Assembly: GCF_009914755.1 (NCBI RefSeq)
Contig: NC_060929.1
DNA length: 64,000 nucleotides
Direction: 5' to 3' (one strand)
DNA from: the human T2T-CHM13v2.0 reference genome, Homo sapiens
Below, one piece after another: positions 50,566 through 64,000 of the stretch. The notes under the pieces were generated by a model that did not search any database, was not told the origin of the DNA, and saw only the letters and a program-made list of their open reading frames with translations. Made by a program: the position numbers and the translations under genes. Positions within the stretch are counted from its first letter, which is position 1; each line of letters opens with the position of its first letter.

Positions 50566-51367
50566 GACCATTTTAGTACATATCTCAGGCTCCCCCTGGG
50601 TTCTTGGAAGGGGCTCATCCAAGTGCAGTGGCCCAAAACTATAGCACACTTTACCTCATGGCAAATCTATATTCAGGGAGTTCAATAGTCCTGAACTTCA
50701 ATAGTCCCTGAAGTTGGGGAAAATTGCTTAATGGTGTAAAGGAGAAACTTGGTGGTCTAAATCACAAACAAAATTTGAATCAAGAAGACCTTTAACCTCC
50801 CTCTCAGAGTCACCTAGTAATATCAATTTCTAAGCTTTTTATGGGGTTTTGTGCTACAATAAGATCAATTCTTGGCTTTCCTCATCCCTGGCCTAGTTTT
50901 CAGCTTTCTTGGGTTTGTCAAGTCAGTTTTCATTCACCATCTGCTTTTTGGTGTCCAGAAATGTTGTTGCTGTTGTCTCCTTTGCCATTCTTGTTGTTCC
51001 TGGGAGTCTATGCCATTTAAAAAATCTCTTTCCTGTCATTTTATTAAGAGTTTTAGAAAAGAGCAGAGGGCAGTGTGTATATTCAAACTGCCCTTCTTAA
51101 GGCAAAGTCTGATGGTGCCAAATTGTACTTCAAAATTGCCCCCCAAATGGTGCAGCACTTTATACTTCTGGCAGCACAGCATGAAACAGCCACTTACTCT
51201 TACCAGTACTCCATATTCTTAAAATTTACCAATCTGGTTAAACTATCTCATTATTTTAATTTGCATTTCCCTGGTTACTAGTGAGGTTCAGTGTTATTTT
51301 ATACGTTTATTGACCCTTTGTTTTTCCTCTTCTGTGAGTAACCTATTCATACAATTTACCCCCCACC

Positions 51368-51664
<297 letters not shown>

Positions 51665-51691
51665 AATTTACCCATTTTTTATAGTATGTAG

Positions 51692-52241
51692 TGAAGGGGA
51701 TCAGAACATGCTACCCCAAAATATGCCATTTTGGTATACTGAATTTTTGAACTGAAGGTAACTGAGAAAATGCAGATGCCCCCTTACTACACGAAAGCAG
51801 GGCATAACATTTCCCATGAGAGAGGTACCCTTCTCCACCATACCATAAAGAGAACATTCTTCTCACTGGAGATGAAGAGTTATGCCAAAATAAATCTGCA
51901 TAAACAAACCTCCTAAAGTACTCCTTATCTTCCATTGGTTTCTCCCATATATTTTCTGTTCACTTTCCCACAATTTACCACCCTTAGCCAAAACTCCACT
52001 TTCCTTTGTCTTGTCACACCTCCACAATTTGTCATTTTTTGTTAAAACGGTATATAAGTGCTCAGGCCTATCTTCTTCTATGGGTCTTCATGAAGGCCTG
52101 TGTGTATACATAAAAATATTAACATTAAATAAAATTTGTATGCATATGCTTTTCTCCTGTTAATCTGTCTTTTGTCAGTTTAATTCACAGCCCCAACTAT
52201 AGAACTTAAGAGGGTAGAAGAAACGTCTTTCATCCCTTACA
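51692..52241 (+). mobile_element. ERV1 solo LTR (MER34/MER39-like)
   Basis: TG...CA termini, tgaagggg.tcagaa.atgc.accccaaaatatgcca start; 4-bp TSD GTAG at 51688-51691 and 52242-52245. Confidence 0.8.
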
Positions 52242-52759
52242 GTAGTTATCTTTTTCTTACTGATTTGTAGGCATTCTTTATATTTGCTAAATTGTTTTAT
52301 GTTATACAAATTGTGATTTTTTAACTTTATTTCATCTAAATTCTAAGACATTTAAAATTTTGATGTAATTTTGCTTTTTGTGTCTATATAAGGCAGATCT
52401 TCCCCATTCCAAGGTGTTAAATATGATTTCTTTTAATACATGTGTGGTTCTGATTTTCACATTTAGGTCTTTAACCCATTTGGAATTTACTTTTATAATG
52501 GCAGGGGCCATTTTTCCCACATCAACAATTGTAACATTTATTGAATAGTCTATCTTTTACCCATTGATCTGAATTGTCATACTTCTTAATTACAAAAGGC
52601 TTATATGAGTATTTTTCTGTTTCTGGGTTCTCTATTCTTTCTCACAAATTTAGTATCTTATTGACCATGAGCTTCTCAAAACTGCACTTTATACAGGAAA
52701 TATCCTTGCAAGAAATTAAATAGAAACTTGCTAATGTTATAAAAATATCAATTATAGAT

Positions 52760-55722
52760 TGAAATAAAATGACTAATATTTATTACACAAGTGCTTAGTT
52801 ACACTTATCTGAAAATTATAATAGGACAATTGGTGCATGTCACATTCATATTACTATCCATATAAGAACAAATACATTTAGTCAACTATATCAGGATAAC
52901 ACACAAGGTTTTTGTTTGTTTTAGGCTTCTCAGTTGAAAGAAAACATCGAGTAAGGAAAATGAATTTCCAGTGATTAAGTATTAACAATATAAATAATAA
53001 AAATTACTTCTAAATGTCTTACATTTTGACAACTTTGAATTATACTTACATACTAATATTTCCAAAAATCATTTAAGTTACAAGGGTCACTGTCAGGGTG
53101 AAAATATATTTTGAAAAGCTTTTTAAAGATATGTTATTATTATGCTTTAACATCATTTCATTTATTCTTGGCACACACGGCATCTTGGAAAGTAAAAATA
53201 CATCTTGCCAATTTTCTGCTATTGTGCAGTTACAAGAGAAAGAGAAGTGTGGGGCAGACAGACCTGTGTTCAGTTACTAGCTTTGTCCAAAATTGTGTTG
53301 AGGCTGGTCAATTACCTTTTGGTGCTGGGAGTAAGATTAAATTAAATAATGCATATTTTAAATGTACAGCATGGGCACTCAATAAATGATATACTTTACC
53401 TTATTTATTCACATTGAAGTAATAGCAAAATATCACAGTTCTATGTTGTGGTACAATTTGAAAAACTGAAAAAATTGGGAAATTAAAAAATAATAATGTG
53501 TTTTGAAAAATTGCACTTTTTATAAATAAATCCTTCAGCAGGTTTAAATATTTCCTAATAAAACTTAGTGCCTACTATACCCTGATTTTTTAAAAAAAGG
53601 CCTAAAATATGATAAAAATGGTCAGTGGTTAAGGACTTTTGGTTTTCCTTTGTGCTATTGATATAAAAATAATGGCTTTATTTAAGGCTTAGTAAGTGAT
53701 TATTTGTAGTTGCCCTGAACCAAATCATTATTCTCAATGTTGCACTCAGTTGAAAGAGACCTACTACCTTGAATGACCATCATAGAGAAATGCCCATGAT
53801 ATTCTGTTAATATAATTGAACCAATCATACCCTCCTTTTTGATTGAAGTAAAGGTTCATTTGGTGGCATGTGGCAGTTCAGCTTGTCTCCCATTAACAAT
53901 GACTCATATACACAATCACAAATCAATTTTTCTCATGCTAAATATGTGATGTTTGGAATATACTGGATTCCTGAAAATTAAATTTATATTTTCACAAGGA
54001 ATAGACTATTCTAGACTAGCAATGCTTATATCCCTATTCTTGGATTGTTTTGTTTCCAACTCTGACTATCTAACAAGTTCATCCTTCCAAATTTGACTCA
54101 AAAACCCCTCCTCCAGTAAACTTTGCCTAACCAAAGTTCACACCCCTCCATTTATGTCCCTTACACGCATGTATAATGTACATTAACTTGCATACACTAT
54201 TATTTATATTTTGTGTGCTTTCGACTTTTAGTTATAATGTTGTCTTTGACTTTTTTTAGCCTCCACAGTGTTTAGCGCTGTGCTACACATGTATATATGT
54301 GGCTGTGTGTGTTTGCATGTGGGATTGTGTTTGTGTATGTATATGTTTATGTGTGTGTGAGTTGAATGAATAAAAAACTAAAGAACCTGGGCATCTGTAG
54401 GGTAGAAAAGTTTTGTAATTTTTCAGAAACCAAAATTGCTGGATCTTCCTAACATTAAAAAATCTGATTTCCAAAGCGATTTCAGTTTGGTTTTAGATAT
54501 GTCAATAATAAAAAGGCAGTGGGAAAAAACTGTTTAAAACCCTTTATGAAATATTCTAAAAGGCCTTTTAGCAAATTATTATTAACAGCACCAAACTAAA
54601 ACTTTTTACTAAATAGTGGTATAACCTTTTATATGACTTTACGAACATAGACTTCTCTATTCAAGACAAAGAATACTGAACAGGAATAGGTGTTGTGAAT
54701 CAGGATACAAAAGGCAATTCACTCTAAGTCAATAGCTAATGCACATTTTGCAATTAATTTAAAAATCCCTCTGTAGTACATATGCATGTTAAGTAAAAGA
54801 ATAGCTGCAGATCTTCATAGTTGTTTTAACGCTGTAAAACATAACACAATACTGAAGTCGCTATTTAACAGGAAAAATTTTGTTCATAATAGCTGTTAAT
54901 ATTAAAATAGGATATAATAATAAAAAATTATTCTCAATGTGTATATTTTCAAATTTGCCTGACAGTGTCCTTTTAAGAAATCTGACAATTTGTAGTTAGA
55001 TAACAGACATTTGCATTTCACTTTCATAATTGAAAATATTACCTACACAATAACAAACAACAATATATAGTAGCTTTTTACTGAAGCACTCTGAAATTTA
55101 TATTTAAAGCTTTGCAATAAAGCAAAATTCACTGTACTTTTCATAAGTTATATTACATAACATGTATGCTATAATTATACAAAGAATAAATACATGAAAT
55201 GAAGCATAAAAAATTCAGGACCATAACAATGGAATGTTTTAGTTGTCATTCTCAATGTTACTTTATATGTCTGCATTAAGTTCTAATGTATTTTAAACCC
55301 AAGAACCTTTATCTTTAAATAATACACTAAAAATATCAAGTTTAAAGTATAAACATAATACTCTACATGCCTTTTTTTCCCTAGGTCATCAAGGGAATAA
55401 AACAAGAAAAACAGAGGCAAGGGCAGTTCTCTTGCCACAAAATCTCTCTTTGCTTCCCCATAAACCTTTATGTCATTTCTAGAGCATATATTACAAGATG
55501 ACAGCTTTGGCAAAGTATAAGCTTATTTAAGTGGCTTCTTTCTTGGAAGAAAGAAAACAATTTAAACTAACAATTTTCTTTTTGGCTTATTCATTCTCAA
55601 TCTTTCTCTGATATATAATAGTGGTATAAAAGCACTTCATGAAATGCTCACTATTAATCAGTTAAATAGCACAGAATGAATTAATGTATATAATTAATCA
55701 AAATATATTATCAGTATAGATA
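52760..55722 (-). other. MBLAC2: MBLAC2 3'UTR (~3 kb, AU-rich, with an L2 remnant at ~54040-54375)
   Basis: Mostly repeat-free sequence from the stop codon to the last AATAAA before dense repeats; 3' end inferred. Confidence 0.7.
52779..52784 (-). terminator. Likely distal poly(A) signal AATAAA of MBLAC2
   Basis: TTTATT on plus; T-rich sequence downstream on minus; other AATAAA hexamers at 53161, 53404 and 53677. Confidence 0.65.
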
Positions 55723-56108
55723 CTAGGGCGAGGTCCTAGAATTTGTTACACGTAGAGCTAAACTTGCAAGAGATCGCATGGCAAAAGTAGAAACTTTGTG
55801 ACATATCCCAGCTTTTGAAATATAGTTAGAAGCCAATCGAAAAAGCCTTTCAGCACCAAAGGTATTGAAGTGCCCAGGAAGCACCTTCTCTACCAGACCT
55901 CTGTCCACTAATTCTATTAGACGTTCACAAGTTCCAACATAGTCACTTATCCTGCTGTATGGGAGCCAGTCAATCAGTGATCCATCATACACGACGTCTC
56001 CACTGAAGAGAATCTTTCGGTCTTTGTCATGTAAGCAAATACTGCCCCTGGAGTGACCTGGCATGTGCATAACAGTGAGCTGTCTGTCACCAAGGTTGAT
56101 CACATCCC
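55723..56108 (-). CDS. MBLAC2: MBLAC2 terminal coding exon (metallo-beta-lactamase domain protein 2, acyl-CoA thioesterase): (G)[25 protein letters not shown]...RTSP*
   Basis: MBL-fold motifs PGHSxG, LFSGD and LPGH; acceptor tttgtag| at 56109-56111 (phase 1); TAG stop at 55723-55725. The upstream exon with HxHxDH lies right of the window. Confidence 0.96.
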
Positions 56109-56294
56109 CTACAAATGGAAACAGAGTTTACAGATAAACATGTTGTATACTTGACTTAGCATGTAAAGCATACTAGAGCATTATATGCTTCCAAAGAAAT
56201 TGGGAAGGATGACACTTTATTTCATAAATACTGTATTTCTTAATGATGATTTAAAAATAAGCTGCCTATAGTTCATTCCTATTGTTTGCTAGAC

Positions 56295-56594
56295 CAGTGT
56301 TTGCCAAAGCAAGTAATGTGGAACACTACTTCTACAGGCTATCATGATACATAAATGAAAAGGAGGTAGTTCTGTGGTCAAATAATTTGAGGAACTCTCA
56401 CTTTAAAGAAAATTAAGCAGCTTTCTTTTCAGAAAGACTTCTTTGAGCTTTTATTATATGAATGTATACTGTGGATATATACAAAGTAGATATAGTTGTA
56501 CAATTTCTCAAACTTATTTGATCATGAAACTTTTACTTTTCAGCACATCTATGGTACCAGTATCCTGTTGACACAATTAATGAATGTTGCTCTA
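56295..56594. mobile_element. hAT-Charlie DNA transposon remnant
   Basis: ctagac|cagtgtttgccaaag...tttctcaaacttatttgatcatgaa...tgttgc|tctag termini. Confidence 0.55.
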
Positions 56595-57639
56595 GGGAAT
56601 TTTATTGTATTTTGCCTCTTGTATCACCCTGTCAGAATTAGGGCTTGAGGAATTGATATAAATCATGATGCTCTAATATGTGAGTAATAATCTCCTTAAT
56701 CTCTGACCCAGGAACCTCAAGTCTTCTGTCAGAATACATTAAACTCTGGCAGGCTAACTTGCAAATAGGGTAAAATCTCAGACTTCAGTTACCGACAGCA
56801 GAGAGGAAATGGAGCAACATGGGTGGAAAATTGCTCTGTTTCACTGGAATTAAATTAGTATGAACTTGAAGTAAATCATGGTAAATTAAAAGATTCATAA
56901 TGTAATCTCTAGTGCAAGCACATACACAGGAAAAAATTTAAAAATATATAGCTAAAAAATAATAAAGGAATCAAAATGGTGTAATAATCAGGATTTGGTA
57001 AACATAAAAAGGCAGAGATTGTCAGACTGGATTAAAAATCAAGATATATGCAGCCTACAAGAAAGAAACTATAAGACCAAAGACACAAATAGGTTGAAAA
57101 GCTTAACCATATTAAATATTACTGTTAAGAGAACTAGGGCAGCTAATATTAATATAAGACAAAATTGATTTTTACATGAAGAATATTACTAAAAAGAAGT
57201 AATTTTATGAGAATGTACATTAAATCAATACATTGATAAATAACAATTATAAATGTACATGCACATAAAACATCACCAAAAATACATGAAGCAAAAACAA
57301 ACAAACAATAAACAATTCAACAATGATACTTGGAGAGTTCAATATTCTTCTCTGTGTAATTCATAAAATAAGTAAATAGAAAATCAATAAGGATATGGAA
57401 GACCTGAACAACTCTTATCAACCAACTTGACCTGACAAAAATAAAACACTTTACTCCAAAACAGCAAAGTACACATTCTTTTCAACTGTAGTTGAAATAT
57501 TCAACAGGCTATAAAGCTAGGCCATAAAGCAAGAATCAATAAATGTAAAAGGAATAAAATCATACAAAGTATGTTCTCTGCCTACAACATAATTAAATTA
57601 GAAATAACAAAATGAACAGAAAATTGATAACATGTAGTC

Positions 57640-57945
57640 TTTTTGTTTGTTTTTTCTGAGACAGAGTTTTGCTCTCTCGCCCCGGCTGGAGTGCAGTGGC
57701 GCAATCTTGGCTCACTGCAACCTCTGCCTTCCAGGTTCAAACAATTCTTGTGCCTCAGCCAGCTGAGTAGCTGGAATTACAGGCGTGTGCCATCACGCCT
57801 GGCTAATTTTTATATTTTTAGTAGAGACAGGGTTTCGCCATGTTGGCCAGGCTGGTTGCCATGTTGCCAAGGCTGGCCTCAAGCGATCCTCCCTCCCTGG
57901 CCTCCCAAAGTGCTGGGATTGCAGGCATGAGCTACTGCGCCCAAC
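57640..57945 (-). mobile_element. AluS with a small internal duplication
   Basis: Antisense dimer; gccatgttg(g)cca(a)ggctgg occurs twice. Confidence 0.9.
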
Positions 57946-58847
57946 CTTATTATGTGTTTTTAATAGACAAAAAATAACAAATTAGGAAGAACAAAAATAA
58001 ATATGGGCAATATTCAAATATATGTAAAGCAAACAGCAAACTTCTACATTGTTTATGGATCAAAGAAGAAATCAAAGGGAAATATAAAAATATTTTGAAT
58101 GAATGAAAACAAAATCAAAACATATCAAAATGTATAGAATACAGCTGAAGCAGTACTTAGAAGAAAACGTATTGCTTTAAATGCTTATTTTATAAAGGAT
58201 TAAATGTTTAAAATCAACAATCAAATTACTATCCTAAGAAGTTAGGAAAAGAAGAACAAATCAAACACAAAGTAAGTGTTAATAGAAATAATAAAGGGCA
58301 GAGCAAAAATAAATGAATACAAATACCAACAGAAAAAAACAGATGAAACCAACAGTTGTTTATTTGAAAACTACAACAAAATTGATACACCTTTAGCTAG
58401 ACAAATCAAGAAAAAATTAGAGAAGATACAACTTGCTAAAATAGGAATTAAAGAAGGAACATCACTACAGACCCTGAAGAAATTAAAAGGAGAATAAGGG
58501 AATATTATGAACAATTTTAAGCCAACAAATTTGACAACTTATTTGAAATGAACATATTCTTAAAAAGAGACAAATTATCAAAAGTGATCCAAGAAGAAAT
58601 GAAGTCTAAATAAATGTATATCAAGCAAATAAATTGATTAACAATTTAAAGTCTCCCCACAAAGAAAAGTCTGGGCTCAAAGGCTTCATTGATCAATTCT
58701 GTCAATCATTTTATAACGGGACAATTTCAACCCTATAATAATTTCAACCCATATAAAGACTTTCAGAATACAGATGAGAAATCTAACTCAGTTATTACCC
58801 TCATAAAAGCCAGACAAAGACAATATATTAAAATAACAACAACATCA

Positions 58848-59173
<326 letters not shown>

Positions 59174-60011
59174 CTAATGAATGCAATCTTAAAATTATTG
59201 ACAAAATATTGGCAAATCAAATCCAGCAACTTATAAATAGGAAAATGACCAAGTGAAGTTTATTCCAGAAATATTAAGTTTGGTTTAACTAGTGAAAATA
59301 AATTAATGTAATATACTGTATTAATAAAGGAGAAAGCCATATGATTATCTCAATAGATACATAAAAAGCATATGACAAAATCCAATTCTCATTCATGATA
59401 AAAACTTCCAGCAAACTAGGAATAGTTGGGGAAGGTCCTGAACTTGATAAAAGTCACTTATGAACATCTATAGGTAATACCTCTTTGAATAGAAAGTCTC
59501 CTAAGATAACAAGGCAAGGATGTCTGCTCTTACCATTTCTATTCAACATTATACTGAAGATCCTAGACAGTGTAATAAGCCAAGAAAAAGAGAGTAAGGT
59601 CTCACAGATTAGAAAAGAAAATCTGTCTTTATTTAGACATAATCTTACATACAGAAAATCCTAAGTAGGAAAAAGCTAGAGAACTAAAAAGTTTACCAAT
59701 GTTACAGGATACCAGATCAACATACAAAGATAAACTATATTTCTATATGCTTCAAGTAACTATCAAAAATGAATTTTAAGACATTTGACTCAAAATAGCA
59801 TCAAAAAGAATAAAATACTTGGGAAAAAATTTGACAAAAGATGTTTTGTAATATATGAACACTGTATAATGAAAACTACAAAAACACTGTCAAGAGAAAT
59901 TAAAGAAGACCTCAATAAAAGGAGAGATAGGCTATGCTTACTGACTGTCTCAATATCACTAAGGCTCAATATTGCTATGATGGTAATGTAACCCAATTTT
60001 TCCAATAGCTA

Positions 60012-60478
60012 CACTGCCTAATAAAACTTTCTGCAATGATTGAAATGTTGGTTCTCAATACTGTTCAATATGGTGTGGCTAATGGTGCTTGAAATAAAGC
60101 TAGTACAATTAAGGAATTAAAATTTTAATTCTAACCAATCTTAATTATTTTTTTAAAGAGATGGAATCTCTGTCACTCAGGCTAAAGTGCAGTGGCCCGC
60201 TTATAGCTCACTGTAACCCCTGAACTCCTGGGCTCAAGGGATCCTTCCAAGTAGCTGGGACTACAGGTATATGACACCAGCCCAGCTAACTTAAAAACTT
60301 TTTCTAGAGACAGGATCTCGCTTTGTTGCCTAGGCTAGTCTTATACTCCTGGCCTTAAATGATCCTCCAGCCTCAGCCTCCTAAGTAGCTGGGATTACAG
60401 GTGAGTCACCATATCCGGTAATCTTAATTTAAATTTGATAGCCATACATGGCTAGTGGCTACTGTAATGGCCAGTAAA
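60012..60478. mobile_element. MER3 (hAT-Charlie) split by an AluJ (60148-60418, minus)
   Basis: aactttctgcaatga.tgaaatgtt... and ...atagcca.acatggctagtggctactgta; Alu TSD AATCTTAATT at 60137 and 60420. Confidence 0.8.
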
Positions 60479-60644
60479 AATTCAACATAATCTCAATCAA
60501 AATCTTGATCTTTTTTCGAAGAAACTGAAAATCTGACTCTAAATTTCACGTGGAAATGCAAATGACCTAGAATAGCCAATACAATTATGAAAAAGAGGAA
60601 CACAGTAAGAAGACGTATACTAATTTCAAGAGTTACAATAAAAC

Positions 60645-60679
60645 ATCACTTCTCAGTCTTTTGGCTAAGATCAAGTGTA
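60645..60679 (+). pseudogene. 3'-truncated U2 snRNA retropseudogene (U2 nt 1-35)
   Basis: ATCACTTCTCAGTCTTTTGGCTAAGATCAAGTGTA versus U2 ATCGCTTCTCGGCCTTTTGGCTAAGATCAAGTGTA (32/35); TSD TACAATAAA(A/G)C. Confidence 0.92.
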
Positions 60680-61411
60680 CAATAAAGCTACAGTAATCAA
60701 AATATTGTGTTACTGACTAAATAGACATAATCGATATAACAGAGAGTCTGAAAGTAGACACAATATTGTCAATAGATATTTGACAAAAGTCAAACAAGAT
60801 AATTCAACGGATAAAATGACAGTCTTTTTGACAGACTGGACTGGGATACTTTGTATATCCATTTGCAGACAAACAAATAAGAATCGAGAACCTCTCAACC
60901 CTTACTTCACAAATATTCACAGAAATTAACTGAAAATAAGTCATAAACCTAAATATGGGAGCTTCTAGAGAAAAATTAGGGGAACATTTTTGTGACCTTG
61001 GGCTAGACATAGAGCTCTTAAATATGACACAACAATCATAAAACACGAGACAAAAATTGCTAACTGGACTTCAAGTTATAAACTTTCTTGCTTAAAAAGA
61101 CACCATTAAGAATGAAAAGGCAGGGCACACATTGGGAGAAGGTATTTGCAAAATGTACATCTGATAAAATCTTGTATTCAGAATATATAGAGCTTGCATA
61201 ACTCAATAATAAAAAAGCTGAATTTTTAAAAAAGATTTTAATATACCATTTAATAAAGTGGATATCTGATTAGCAAATAAGTACCAAAAAGATGCTCAAC
61301 ATCATTAGTTTTTAGTGAATGCAAATTAAATCACAATCAAGTACCACTACACACTCACTAGAATGGCTAAATTGAAAAGGATTGACAAAACCAAGTGTTG
61401 AAAAAGATGTG

Positions 61412-61707
61412 AGCTGGGCGCACTGGCTCATGCCTGTAATACCAGCAATTTGGAAGGCTGAAGCTGGTGGATCACTTGAGGTCAGGAGTTCGAGATCACC
61501 CTGGCCAACATGGTGAGACCCCATCTCTACCAAAAACACAAAATTCACCAGAGGTGGTGGTGCATGCCTGTAATTCCAGCTACTCAGGAGGCTGAGGCAG
61601 GAGAATCGCTTGAACTTGGGAGGCAGAGGCTGCAGTGAGATTGCACCATTGCACTTCAGCCTGGGCAAGAGAGAGACTCCATCTCAAAAAAGTAAAAAAT
61701 AAAAAAA
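61412..61707 (+). mobile_element. AluS
   Basis: Sense dimer with A-rich tail. Confidence 0.92.
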
Positions 61708-63876
<2,169 letters not shown>

Positions 63877-64000
63877 TAAGGCTGGATTTTCCAAACTGGT
63901 CCTCCTACTTATTTTAGTCTTTTTCTCTCCTAGTTCCCATTTTCCTGTACTGATCTTTAGTAAGTTTTTCAACTTTATCTTCCAGACCTGCTGCTACATA

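Overview
Primate, most likely human, genomic DNA from the CETN3-MBLAC2 locus (human 5q14.3, from recall). Two spliced protein-coding genes lie on the minus strand. The left end holds CETN3 (centrin-3) coding exons 1-3 and its CpG-island promoter, which has CCAAT boxes on both strands. The right end holds the terminal exon of MBLAC2 (C-terminal 128 codons plus a ~3 kb 3'UTR) and part of its upstream intron. The ~48 kb between the genes and the MBLAC2 intron are mostly transposable elements: about 30 Alus, L1s of many ages, L2/MIR, LTRs including a HERV-W (LTR17) solo LTR, and hAT/mariner MITEs. Nearly all other ORFs in the track are repeat or microsatellite artefacts. I found no convincing new multi-gene system. 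The most notable observations are structural: a perfect 21-bp hairpin within a complex micro-rearrangement in CETN3 intron 2, two twin-primed (5'-inverted) L1s (the younger creates an uninterrupted 260-aa chimeric ORF), a 35-nt tailless U2 snRNA retrocopy with a TSD, a tailless internal L1 patch, a duplicated microsatellite cassette and a strong CTCF motif. Repeat subfamily names and most repeat boundaries come from recalled consensus sequences and are approximate.
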